Below are positions 10,361 to 20,282 of a stretch of DNA of 64,000 bases, one piece after another. The notes beneath the pieces were generated by a model, which was not told the DNA's origin, made no database searches, and saw only the letters and a list, made by a program, of their open reading frames with translations. The DNA lies in the NCBI GenBank assembly GCA_000165345.1, contig CM000431.1:960001-1024000 (forward strand), in the 5' to 3' direction. Position 1 is the first letter of the stretch. Each line of letters opens with the position of its first letter. The position numbers and the translations under genes were made by a program.

Positions 10361-13300
10361 ATGAATTTAACCAATGAGAATATTTCAAACCAGGGCCAGG
10401 AGATTTCAAGGAATGGGAATTTTGAGATAATTGATAATGGGAAATCCGAAGATAATAGTAAGGAAATAATTCTTGAGAAATGTAGGGTAAAAGTTTCTTC
10501 AGATGGAGTTTATGAATCATTGCCAGTTGAAAGAAAAAGTATCGATGCTAAATCCAGTGAGAAGGCAAGCGATAAAATTCAAGGGGATACTGTTTTTGAA
10601 GTTTTACCTAGATCAGAGTCTAATGCAGATGCAAGTTATAATAAAGCTGGTGACTTTGTTAATGATATCGGGATTTTTGAGTCATTACCAAAATCAACTT
10701 CTGATGCTGATTATAAGTATAATGAAAGGGTGGATATTACACAAGATAGGATTGTTTTTGAAGTATTACCACGCTCTGATAATATTGTTCACTATGATAA
10801 TGACACCAGTAATGAATCTTCTATTAAAGTAAATGAAATGATTAAAAAGAAGGAGTCAGAATTGAATAATATTTTAAAAGAGCAGAAAATTGATGGAGAT
10901 ATTACTAGTAGAAATGGGAATATAGAAAATGATCCTACTTTAGGTTTAAGTATTTATAACGAAGAATCAGTTTCTCCTCCATCTGAAACTTCGATGACCA
11001 TTTTTGAGAATTTACCAATTAAGAAAGAAAATATCGATATCGATAACGAGTTTCAATCAAATTCTATTTTATCAGACAATAATATAATTGAGAATCATCA
11101 ATCAATTTTTGAAACTGCAAACTTGTCCAGATCAAATAGTTCTTCTCATATTTCTAGCTTAAAGGATGGTGAGGAAGCTGAAAGACTAACGAGTAATGAA
11201 GTGAGTGAGCATAGTGAAATTAGTAATGATGAATGCGAAAAAGATCTAAAAAGTAATTTTGAGCTTAATAATCAATTAATTACTGATTTTAATCAAGATG
11301 TAAAAACTCAAGATAAAAAAGAGCTTTCACCACAAGTTGAGAGCAAAGCAAATCTTAATATTGTTGTAAATAGTGAGAAGTCGGTCTTTGAGGTAGTTCC
11401 ATCTGAACAATCAAGAGCTGATATTGGGTATAATTCCAAAATACCACTAAGTTTTGATGAAAGGACGGTTTTTGAATCAAAGCCTGTAGCGAATTCAAAT
11501 GCAGATGTTAGCTATAATTCAAAGGTTGGTATCACAAAAGCAGAAGAAAGGTCAGTATTTGAGTCATGTCCAATTACTGATTCGAAGGCAGATGTTAGTT
11601 ATAATTCAAAATTTCAGCCAAGAAAAGACGAAAAAATTATATTTGAATCGAATCCAATTGCTAACTCGAATGCAGATGTTGGATACAATACAAAAATTGG
11701 CTTAGAAAGACAGGAAAAGTCAACTTACGAATCAATCCCTACTATCGGGGTAGTAGCAGATGTTAGCTACAAATCCAAAGCACAAACTAATTCTGGAAAT
11801 GAAAAGTCTATTTTTGAATCTGTTCCAATTTCCAATTCAATAGCTGATGTCAGTTATAATTCTAAATCACAGCCTATTAAAGAAGAAAAGGTTGTATTTG
11901 AATCAATTCCATCAGAAAATTGTAAGATAGATGTGAGTTATAATTCCAAGTTGGATTTGAAAGGACAGGAAAAGTCAGTATTTGAATCCAATCCTATGAT
12001 GACTTCCAATGCTGATGTAGGTTACAATTCAAAGCCAGAAATAAATTTGAATGAGAAATCCGTCTTTGAGTCGGTTCCATCCAATATTTCAAAAGCCGAT
12101 GTGAGTTATAACTCGAAAATAACTAATACTTCTGAGAAGTCAATCTTTGAATCGGAGCCAATAAAAAATGTTAATATAGACGTGAGTTATAATTCCAAGT
12201 TGGATTTGAAAGGACAGGAAAAGTCAGTATTTGAATCCAATCCTATGATGACTTCCAATGCTGATGTAGGTTACAATTCAAAGCCAGAAATAAATTTGAA
12301 TGAGAAATCCGTCTTTGAGTCGGTTCCAACCAATATTTCAAAAGCTGATGTGAGCTACAACTCTGTAGTAGCCAATACTTCTGAGAAGACCATTTTTGAG
12401 TCAGAACCAAGAAGGAACTCAGTGGCGGATGTAAGCTATAACTCCAGTTTGATTCCTATTTCTAAGGATGAAAAGACTGTATTTGAATCCAATCCAAATG
12501 TTGATTCAAAGGCAGATGTTAGTTATAATTCTAAAATAGAATTAAAAAAAGACGAAAAGTTTGTATTTGAGTCAAATCCTAATGTTGATTCTAATGCAGA
12601 TGTTAGTTATAATTCAAAGCTTCAGCCAAGAAAAGACGAAAAATTCATATTTGAATCTAATACGACAGTTAACTCTAAGGCAGATGTTAGTTATAATTCA
12701 AAATCTGAACCTAAAATGAACGAGAAGTCCGTATTTGAGTCCAGTCCAATTCTTAGCTCAGTTGCAGATGTTGGGTACAACACCAAAGGAGTTGGTATGA
12801 CTCAAGAAAAATCTGTCTACGAATCAGTTCCAATTAGTAAATCTAAAATAGATGCTGGCTATGATACAAAGTTGGACTTTACTCATGAAAATAATAAAAC
12901 TATATTTGAATCAAACCCATCTTGTGAATCTATTGCGGATGTTGGATATAATTCAAAGATTGAAACAAGAACAGAAGAAAAATCAGTTTATGAGTCAAAT
13001 TACGATAAAGTTTCTAAGGCTGATGCTAGATATAATTCAGATTCAAGCCAAATCTATCCTCCAGAGAAGATGGTATATGAATCAACTCCTGTTGTTGGAT
13101 TAGCTGTGGATGCAAGGTTTGCAGATCAAAACAATACAAACGAAGAGAAGCAAACAGTTTTTGTATCTCTTCCAAGGTCTGAGTCAGTTTTTGATGCAAG
13201 CTACTCGTTAAATAATGAATATAGGCAGGAAAAGACAATATTTGAGTCAGTACCCAATACAAAAGGGATCAGAATAGATGCAAGATCCAGTGATACCTCT

Positions 13301-13384
13301 GAAATAATGAATTTTCAGTCTAAGACAGTTTTTGAATCAGTACCCAAACAGTCTTATGCTGATGCAAAAAGCGGGAATATATAG
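10361..13384 (+). CDS. Large tandem-repeat protein with ~28 copies of a 27-28-aa VFESxPxxxSxADVSYNSK unit; no signal peptide
   Basis: ATG at 10361. The first ~330 aa are acidic/Asn-rich with a few degenerate repeats. From about aa 335 there are contiguous repeats with consensus EKSVFESxPxxxSxADVSYNSKxxxxx, degenerating toward the C-terminus. I recognise no homolog. Confidence 0.6.
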   Translation: MNLTNENISNQGQEISRNGNFEIIDNGKSEDNSKEIILEKCRVKVSSDGVYESLPVERKSIDAKSSEKASDKIQGDTVFEVLPRSESNADASYNKAGDFVNDIGIFESLPKSTSDADYKYNERVDITQDRIVFEVLPRSDNIVHYDNDTSNESSIKVNEMIKKKESELNNILKEQKIDGDITSRNGNIENDPTLGLSIYNEESVSPPSETSMTIFENLPIKKENIDIDNEFQSNSILSDNNIIENHQSIFETANLSRSNSSSHISSLKDGEEAERLTSNEVSEHSEISNDECEKDLKSNFELNNQLITDFNQDVKTQDKKELSPQVESKANLNIVVNSEKSVFEVVPSEQSRADIGYNSKIPLSFDERTVFESKPVANSNADVSYNSKVGITKAEERSVFESCPITDSKADVSYNSKFQPRKDEKIIFESNPIANSNADVGYNTKIGLERQEKSTYESIPTIGVVADVSYKSKAQTNSGNEKSIFESVPISNSIADVSYNSKSQPIKEEKVVFESIPSENCKIDVSYNSKLDLKGQEKSVFESNPMMTSNADVGYNSKPEINLNEKSVFESVPSNISKADVSYNSKITNTSEKSIFESEPIKNVNIDVSYNSKLDLKGQEKSVFESNPMMTSNADVGYNSKPEINLNEKSVFESVPTNISKADVSYNSVVANTSEKTIFESEPRRNSVADVSYNSSLIPISKDEKTVFESNPNVDSKADVSYNSKIELKKDEKFVFESNPNVDSNADVSYNSKLQPRKDEKFIFESNTTVNSKADVSYNSKSEPKMNEKSVFESSPILSSVADVGYNTKGVGMTQEKSVYESVPISKSKIDAGYDTKLDFTHENNKTIFESNPSCESIADVGYNSKIETRTEEKSVYESNYDKVSKADARYNSDSSQIYPPEKMVYESTPVVGLAVDARFADQNNTNEEKQTVFVSLPRSESVFDASYSLNNEYRQEKTIFESVPNTKGIRIDARSSDTSEIMNFQSKTVFESVPKQSYADAKSGNI
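11370..13380 (+). repeat. Coding tandem repeat array (unit ~81-84 bp) of the VFES-repeat gene, including a near-perfect duplication 11933-12079 vs 12182-12328
   Basis: A 147-bp stretch (gtgagttataattccaagttggatttgaaaggacaggaaaagtcagtatttgaatccaatcctatgatgacttccaatgctgatgtaggttacaattcaaagccagaaataaatttgaatgagaaatccgtctttgagtcggttcca) occurs twice, exactly identical and 249 bp apart. Flanking similarity extends further. Confidence 0.8.
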
Positions 13385-13451
13385 ATTTTCAATTTGAGTT
13401 AAAATTTAGATTCAAATAATACAATTATAAAAATGTTCTTTCTAATGAGAT

Positions 13452-15605
13452 CTATTCCTCAGTTTTTTTGTCTTGGGGTGTGGGGTAAGTAACTTGTGTA
13501 ATAACCTTTGGACTATCATCAGTTTTGAGATTCTCCGATTGAATTACTTGTTGCATAGCTTGGGAAGCTTCAAAACCGAGTCTAACTGGTTCCTTATTTA
13601 CATGAAGGTAGAGTAGATAGGATGAGGGGGTAGATTCTGGATGTTCTTTTGATTCTTCTGTTTGATTTTCATCTTTGCAATCTTCCACAGTAGCTTGAGT
13701 AATTTTGTTTACAGCATGTACTGTTGTATAGTCTAATTTACCTTGAGAATCAATATTTGGCCAAACAACTGCGAAACCTTTCTTAGGTTTTATTTTGATT
13801 CCAGCATAAGGGAAGTCTAATTCTCCTCCATTTTCAACATCAGAAAGGAAAACTGAAATTGTATGAGTTCTATTATCTCCATCATGGTGTTCTTTAATGT
13901 AATCATTGACGGAATATTTGTGTACCAGGATTGGCTCCATATAAAGATTGCTAGAGTCTACAAGAATTCCAAGCCTATTTTCAATCTGTCTAATAAGAGG
14001 AGTTTCTTCTGGTTGAATACAGGCAGTTGAAGATCTACAAAAATCCTCATCTTCATCTTGTTCATTTTTATAATCTTGATCATCTGTTTTTTCATCTTTA
14101 ATTTCATCAGTTTCGGATTTCTTGCTTTCTTTTTTGGCTATTGATATCTTTGAATCCTCTAGTCTATCTTGGACAAGGGAAATAATCTCATCACATTCAT
14201 CTTGGTTTAGAGCATTTGGGATAATAAATATCTTAGGATTAACCTTACTGGCAACTATTCTCTGTAAAAGAGCAGGTTTCTTGTTTTTACTAATATCAAT
14301 TTCGGAATTGTTATTTAATGGCTCGGTACCGATTGTCGCTTGAATACCATGTTGTCTTAATAATTGAGCTGCAGCATTTAGTTGACTAGCGATAAATTGT
14401 TGTTGCTGTTGTTTGATCATTGCCTCAATCTTTGACATGTCAGTGGTTGGCTGCATAATATTTGGTTGAATAGACTCTGGAATAACGGCATTTCCCATAT
14501 TTGGAACAGCTCCAGCTCCAAGATTCACTCCTGGAATATTCATTCCTGAGATATTCAACCCTGCAGCAGTGCCAATTCCTGGAATACCACCAAGAGATCC
14601 AAGAGCTGCACTTGAAATCTGATTTGCAGTCTGTGAAGACGAACCTACATCTTTTGTTGGAATTAAATTGGGGTTTCCCAAGAATGCAGCAAGCTGAGGA
14701 GTTAGCTGAGATTGTGTAGCTGAAGCAGCTCCAACTGGTAAGTTAGCGCTTCCAGGCATTACACCAGTTACTCCTGTTGGAGCCCCTAAATTCCCTGGGA
14801 TTCCTGAAATTCCTGGAATTCCAGCAAGAGAACCCAAGGAATGCCCGGCATTGGTAGCCTGGCCCAAGTTTTGTGGAGCAACAGAAGCAGAAGCAGAGGA
14901 TGGGGATTGCTTGCTCTCAGCTGAATTAGTATTGGAAGCGGTCTGAGTATTATTTTGAAGTTCGGATAGAGCCAAAGCAATCTTTTGTTTCTGCATCCAA
15001 GTAGCCAAGTTCAAATCTTGTCCTTGAATACCACACAAATTAGGTACTCCTGCCTGCATATTTGGAAATTGAATTGGCTGTAAAGTTGGTTTCTGAACAT
15101 TTAAGCCCAAAGAAGCAAGGACATTGGGGTCTAACGCTCCAACTGGTGGAATGTTATAACTTGTGGTTGTAGAGCTTGGAATCATATTATTCAAATTTAA
15201 GGTTGCTCCCAAGGTCTGAGCTGGAATTCCAGAACTAAGACCAAGTCCAAGACTTGGAGTATTCGCTATACCGGGAGGTATCTGGTCTTTTGAAGCATTA
15301 ATTTGCATTCTCATCATAAATTGTTGTAATTGTTCCATATTCATTGCAGACATTGGGAATTGAGATGTGGGGATGTTTGTTGCTGTAACTCCACTTCCTG
15401 GCTTTCCTACTTGAGTATTATCAGCTGTAATTCCTGTTCCACTAGTTTGCCCTTGTAATAAATTATTAGTTTCTAATTTTGAAGTATCTGATTCTGAAAT
15501 AGGTACCATATTAATATAGGTACCTAATAACTTAGGTTCTGGCGGTGTGACTCCTCTAATAACATTCTTTGTTTCTTCATTAACGCTTGAATTATTTTCA
15601 GACAT
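13452..15605 (-). CDS. Prolyl 4-hydroxylase / 2OG-Fe(II) oxygenase domain protein with long G/P/Q/S/N-rich low-complexity N-terminal region
   Basis: The C-terminal ~200 aa carry P4Hc-type motifs: HHDGD (HxD), VFLSDVENGGELDFP, KKGFAVVWPN and a distal His in TTVHAVNKIT. The N-terminal ~450 aa are low complexity (GIPGISGIPGNLGAP...). There is no signal peptide. The ATG is at 15605. Confidence 0.6.
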   Translation of the reverse strand: MSENNSSVNEETKNVIRGVTPPEPKLLGTYINMVPISESDTSKLETNNLLQGQTSGTGITADNTQVGKPGSGVTATNIPTSQFPMSAMNMEQLQQFMMRMQINASKDQIPPGIANTPSLGLGLSSGIPAQTLGATLNLNNMIPSSTTTSYNIPPVGALDPNVLASLGLNVQKPTLQPIQFPNMQAGVPNLCGIQGQDLNLATWMQKQKIALALSELQNNTQTASNTNSAESKQSPSSASASVAPQNLGQATNAGHSLGSLAGIPGISGIPGNLGAPTGVTGVMPGSANLPVGAASATQSQLTPQLAAFLGNPNLIPTKDVGSSSQTANQISSAALGSLGGIPGIGTAAGLNISGMNIPGVNLGAGAVPNMGNAVIPESIQPNIMQPTTDMSKIEAMIKQQQQQFIASQLNAAAQLLRQHGIQATIGTEPLNNNSEIDISKNKKPALLQRIVASKVNPKIFIIPNALNQDECDEIISLVQDRLEDSKISIAKKESKKSETDEIKDEKTDDQDYKNEQDEDEDFCRSSTACIQPEETPLIRQIENRLGILVDSSNLYMEPILVHKYSVNDYIKEHHDGDNRTHTISVFLSDVENGGELDFPYAGIKIKPKKGFAVVWPNIDSQGKLDYTTVHAVNKITQATVEDCKDENQTEESKEHPESTPSSYLLYLHVNKEPVRLGFEASQAMQQVIQSENLKTDDSPKVITQVTYPTPQDKKTEE

Positions 15606-15852
15606 ATTTAAAAGTCTTATTATTTCAGCTTAGCAGTTTTGTTCAACTTTAATTTCCTTAAATTAATATAAAATAATGAAAATAGCAATATCTATAACGT
15701 ATTAAAGCAAATTTTAATGTCTTTAGTACTTAAAAGCTCAAAACCTAAATCAACAGTAATTTTATCTTTTTATTCAGGCCTTTAATTTAACCAAAAAACT
15801 GAAATATCTTTTTAAATATATTAACATGGGGCCCCCTCAAAAATCTAAAAAG

Positions 15853-15864
15853 TTGGCGCCTTTT
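15853..15864. promoter_or_regulatory. E2F-like site TTGGCGCCTTTT about 250 bp upstream of the P4H-domain gene
   Basis: GC box within AT-rich DNA immediately 5' of the minus-strand gene start. Confidence 0.4.
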
Positions 15865-16033
15865 CGGTTCTAATGTTATAAAACCTGCAACCCTGGAAAA
15901 AATAAAATAATTTTTTGAATGTAACAAAAGTGTGATGAAAAAAATATATACGAATTGAATAAATAGAGAATAGTGTGCTTACTAATATAAGTTTAGGTAA
16001 AAACTAGGAATTATATATTTTGAATTTTGTAAA

Positions 16034-17593
16034 TTATCTAACAAATTGTCTATTGTCATTTTTATCTCTAACACCATATGGATTAGAAGCAGAAAATTTA
16101 TGGCCGGATTTAAAATATGGATTGCTACTTTTATTCTTAGATTTGTTACCTGCATTTCTAGAAGCTTTTCCACCCGATTTTAAATTTAAGTCAACTTTAG
16201 GAGGCGTACTGAACCCAAAACTGAATGCAATTTGCTGTAAATCAAGAGAATATACATTAAATGCATCTTTGAGTGCATGAGAAGCATAAGAATGTAAATA
16301 TGCTCTGTAGGCATCTCTAGCTGAACAGTGGAGATGATAGTTCTTTTCAATAAGCCTTTCGAGCTGATTTTGAACATTAGCAACTTTATTTTTTCCAAAA
16401 ACATATTCATTTAATGGAATATTCATCTTTTTAAGATATTGAAGGAAGGCAATTTCTTCAGGAAGAAGGAATAATAAGGCTTTTCCAGTACCACCAGCTC
16501 CTCTTGCGGTTCTTCCAACTCTATGAATATATTCTCTAGGATCATCAGGAGGGTCATATTGAACAATCCAATCAACATTTGGAATATCTAAACCCCTTGC
16601 AGCAACATCAGTACATAATAATAAACCTTTATCAGCTGAACAAAAATCATAATAAGTTTGCATTCTAGAAGTTTGTTTCTTCTTTCCATGTATTGATGAG
16701 CAAGTTAAATCTACATAATTAAATAATTCTTCATGAAATTTGGTTGACATACAGCTACTAAAGAAGACCATAACTTTTTTATCTCTATTCTTCTTAAGAA
16801 ATGTATATAATAGCAAGAATCTTTGATTAGCTTGAGCTATAACATATCCTTGCTCAAGTCCTGAAACTGTTGCAATAGAAGAAGTATTTTTAGATTCAAC
16901 AAGAACTGGATTTTTAAGTGAAAGTCTAACAAGATCAGCAACTTTAGTTGTCTGAGTAGCAGAAAAAAGAGAAGTTTGTCTTTCTTTTGGAAGTAATTTA
17001 ATAATTTGATTCATTTCTTCTTCAAAACCAATTTCTAGAATTCGATCAGCTTCATCTATAACTAGATTCAATAAATTTTTAAATAAGAATTGTTTTGTAT
17101 TCTGTAAGTGATCTAAAAGTCTTCCAGGAGTAGCCACTAATATATTAACACCTTTAGAAAGCTTTTCTGCTTCAGTTCTCCTATTTGCTCCTCCCATAAC
17201 CAAACCATGAGTTTGTGGTAAATATTTACAAAGCTCTCTGCATACTTCATAAATTTGGAGACTTAATTCTCTAGTTGGTGAAATGACAATAACACCAGTT
17301 CCATTTCTAGGTAAGAATTCTACATTATATAGTAGATTTGCCGCAGGAATTAAGAACGCTAAAGTCTTACCTGAACCAGTCTTTGCAGCTCCTAAAACAT
17401 CCTTACCATTTAAAATTCGAGGAATTGCTTTTGCTTGAATTTCTGTCATAGTTTCCATCCCCATTTCTTTAAGGGCTTTTTTTAGTTGGTCACAAATATT
17501 TGATGATTCAAATTTCACATCACTAAAATATTCTGATGACTTTTCATTTTCATTTGTATTGTTTTCGTTCTTTTTTTGTTCCTCCCCAGACAT
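16034..17593 (-). CDS. HAS1: ATP-dependent DEAD-box RNA helicase, Has1/DDX18 subfamily
   Basis: Has the Q motif (F..L.L......[14 protein letters not shown]), motif [40 protein letters not shown], and [34 protein letters not shown]. The C-terminal basic tail is typical of Has1. Confidence 0.88.
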   Translation of the reverse strand: MSGEEQKKNENNTNENEKSSEYFSDVKFESSNICDQLKKALKEMGMETMTEIQAKAIPRILNGKDVLGAAKTGSGKTLAFLIPAANLLYNVEFLPRNGTGVIVISPTRELSLQIYEVCRELCKYLPQTHGLVMGGANRRTEAEKLSKGVNILVATPGRLLDHLQNTKQFLFKNLLNLVIDEADRILEIGFEEEMNQIIKLLPKERQTSLFSATQTTKVADLVRLSLKNPVLVESKNTSSIATVSGLEQGYVIAQANQRFLLLYTFLKKNRDKKVMVFFSSCMSTKFHEELFNYVDLTCSSIHGKKKQTSRMQTYYDFCSADKGLLLCTDVAARGLDIPNVDWIVQYDPPDDPREYIHRVGRTARGAGGTGKALLFLLPEEIAFLQYLKKMNIPLNEYVFGKNKVANVQNQLERLIEKNYHLHCSARDAYRAYLHSYASHALKDAFNVYSLDLQQIAFSFGFSTPPKVDLNLKSGGKASRNAGNKSKNKSSNPYFKSGHKFSASNPYGVRDKNDNRQFVR

Positions 17594-17742
17594 CTTGACA
17601 ATTTTAAGTAATTTAAAATATTTCTTCTTTTCTTATTATTTTTCCCAAGAAAAAATGAATCCTAGATTATCTTTTTTTTTCAATTGTCAAAATCTGACGA
17701 TCTTTTACTTAATTATTATTATTTGGAAATATTTGTTCTCCA

Positions 17743-17753
17743 TTGGCGCCAAT
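17743..17753. promoter_or_regulatory. Palindromic E2F-like site TTGGCGCCAAT about 150 bp upstream of the Has1 helicase start
   Basis: ccaTTGGCGCCAATatt. Confidence 0.45.
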
Positions 17754-18138
17754 ATTAAAATCTTAGAGAGGAAATATTTACTTCTAAAGAAAGAAAGAGA
17801 GAAAAGAAAAGGAATTTTTTTCTTAGATAACTTCAGTGCGGAATCTAGGTAATCTTGACATATTATAGAATTTAACATAAAAATAAACACATAAACATTT
17901 AGATATACTAAATTGTTTCATATAGTGTGAAATAAGAAATTTAATTTTTTTTTTTCAGACATTTAGTTTCTAATTAAACAAGAAAGATCACACTATTTTC
18001 TGTAGGAGAATTTTTAACTGTTTAATATAAAACTTTAAGTAAATGGGAATTAATTTTAAACATATTATTATTATCTTTTCTTTTAATTGCACTTTTACAT
18101 GAAAATTGCAAACAAAAAAAAATTAATGGTCAGATTTA

Positions 18139-18156
18139 CCCGCCTAGGCGCCAATT
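18139..18156. promoter_or_regulatory. E2F-like sites CCCGCC / TAGGCGCCAATT upstream of L27a
   Basis: tttaCCCGCCtaGGCGCCAATTcc, about 340 bp 5' of the L27a ATG. Confidence 0.45.
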
Positions 18157-18170
18157 CCAATTTGAAGTAA

Positions 18171-18192
18171 TTTTGAGACAGCTGTCTCAAAA
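18171..18192. promoter_or_regulatory. Perfect 22-bp palindrome TTTTGAGACAGCTGTCTCAAAA (E-box CAGCTG core) in the Has1/L27a divergent promoter
   Basis: The sequence is its own reverse complement across all 22 bp and lies immediately 3' of the E2F-like site. Confidence 0.5.
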
Positions 18193-18493
18193 ATTTTCTA
18201 ATATTTAAGTTACTCCATGATTAGAGTAATAAATTATTTGTTAAGTGTGATTTTGCGGCACTAACTAAATATTATAAGAATTGATAGTCCAATTTGTATA
18301 TTTATAAAGTATGTGTCTCAGTATGATTAATATTAGTTAAAGTAAATTTATTAGGTTTGTTATATAAAAATAAGCTAAATTTAACTAGGGTAATTTATTT
18401 CTCAGACGTTATTTTCAAGAGGAAAAAAAAAATAAAATTTGGTTGACCCGAAGTTAATCATAAAGAATTGTTTTTCAAGAGATTCTTTAAGAA

Positions 18494-18504
18494 ATGACAA
18501 CAAG
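18494..18504 (+). CDS. RPL27A: 60S ribosomal protein uL15 (L27a), exon 1 (ATGACAACAAG, Met-Thr-Thr-Arg codon split)
   Basis: ATG followed by a GTAAGT donor at 18505. After splicing to 18676 the protein reads [33 protein letters not shown], matching the L27a N-terminus. Confidence 0.7.
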
Positions 18505-18675
18505 GTAAGTAATATAAAAATTTAAGCAGATTAACAATAGGATGCTTTGTTTAAAGGATCAAGATTATGATCCTCTACAAGACTCTTTAGTCTATTACGT
18601 AACAATCTCCAATTGTTGATCTGTTTTATACATTAATTAAACATTTCTAACTAATATTTATCTTTATAATTCTAG
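18505..18675 (+). other. RPL27A: Intron of RPL27A (171 nt, GTAAGT...TTCTAG)
   Basis: Canonical donor GTAAGT and a pyrimidine-rich acceptor ...aattctAG. The downstream frame is open and homologous to L27a. Confidence 0.7.
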
Positions 18676-19114
18676 ATTCAAGAAGAACAGAAAGAAGAGA
18701 GGACACGTATCAGCCGGTCATGGTCGTGTAGGTAAACACAGAAAGCATCCTGGTGGTCGTGGTGCTTGTGGTGGTTTAACACATAAGAGAAACTGGTTTG
18801 ACAAGTACCATCCAGGCTACTTTGGTAAAGTTGGTATGAGATATTTCCACAAAAGGCTAAACAAGATGTACTGTCCTACTGTCAATGTTGAAAAGTTATG
18901 GACTTTGGTGTCAAAGAACACTCTTGAACACTACAAGTACAATAACAAGACTGACAAGGCTCCAATTATTGACTGTACTAAGTCTGGTATCTTTAAGGTC
19001 TTAGGTGGAGGTAATCTACCCAATCTTCCAGTTGTTGTCAGAGCTAGACACTTCTCTAAGAAGGCTGAGAAGAAAATTAAGGAGGCCGGTGGTATCTGCG
19101 TATTAAGTGGATAA
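18676..19114 (+). CDS. RPL27A: 60S ribosomal protein uL15 (L27a), exon 2
   Basis: [44 protein letters not shown]......CPTVNV..LW.LV is strongly conserved. The spliced product is 149 aa (human is 148). Confidence 0.8.
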
Positions 19115-20282
19115 ACATATAGGCTAGAATATGTAAAGGGTGGTTTATCAATAATCATCTTTGAATAACTTGTATTTAATCCAGAGTTCAAACATCTAGA
19201 AGCTTTAGTGTATAATTACTATAGCCTAACAAGTTATAGTAATATATTCATTCAGCTTGAAATATTTTTTTTTAACCACCCTTTTATTTTGGGAGATTAC
19301 TATATTTAGTCTTCTCCTTTATTTTAAAGGAGAGATGCACTTTACTATGGACAATACAAGTCTTTGAACATTATAACTAGTAGTGGTGCTGCTTTTATTT
19401 TCTACTATGAACTTAAAATCTAGTACATTATTTCTATATGTTTTTTACTCCTATCTTTTCTTCCCTTTCTTCAAACTAACTAGTACTCTTGTCTAAGTTA
19501 TTGTCCATGAATTTAAAGAGGAATTAATTTTGCCGCCCATACATTCAATCAGGTGTGCATATTATTTAATATAATTATTATTTGAATTATATACATGCAT
19601 TATTTTAGAGTTCTTTTTTCAAAAAAAGTGTCATTTTAATCTTTTATTAACATTCTAATTAATACAAACCTTTGTTATCTTAATAATATACATGTAATAA
19701 TTCTTACTTGTCAATTTTACGAACATATTTAAACTCCTTGCATGATTTTTAGTGGCTTAGATCTATTATTAAGGTATCTAGCGCCAACCTCTAATCCGAG
19801 AAGAGGACTTTAGGCGGACAAAAATAATTATGTTTTTTTGAATAAGTTAAATTGTTGGCAAAAAAAAAAAAAAAAAAGGTTAAATCAGTATTGACTTTTG
19901 GTTATTATAAAATAACTTTTTTTTTGAAATTCAGGTTCATATATCAAGTATTCAACAAAAGTTTATATGGACAGTCTTTGTGAGTATTATTTCAAAACTT
20001 ACAAGTAATTAATAAGTTTCGAAGGAATTAAAAGTTTGCATTACATTTGTACATAATTAGAAAAACAATTCTATAAACTATAAGGTATTCTTTATAAATA
20101 TCTTAATAGAGGGATACAATATATATATTAATAAAGAGATTCAAAGAAATAGGTGGATAACCTGAACGCAAATCTCATTTTGACGAGATTTTTCCAACGT
20201 TAATTATTTTTTCCATTATTTACTCGAATTTTTTTTTGCCGTCCATTTCATTATAGAATAAAATTTAAAAAAAGAAAGAAAA

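Noticed and set aside
10503-13262. Several 60-110-aa ORFs (10503-10832, 11499-11705, 12852-13103, 13026-13262) overlapping the repeat gene
   Set aside because: They are alternative-frame or antisense ORFs generated by the periodic repeat, with no independent start or regulatory context.
16020-16410. Small ORFs overlapping the 3' end of the Has1 helicase gene
   Set aside because: They lie fully inside or antisense to a strongly supported conserved CDS.
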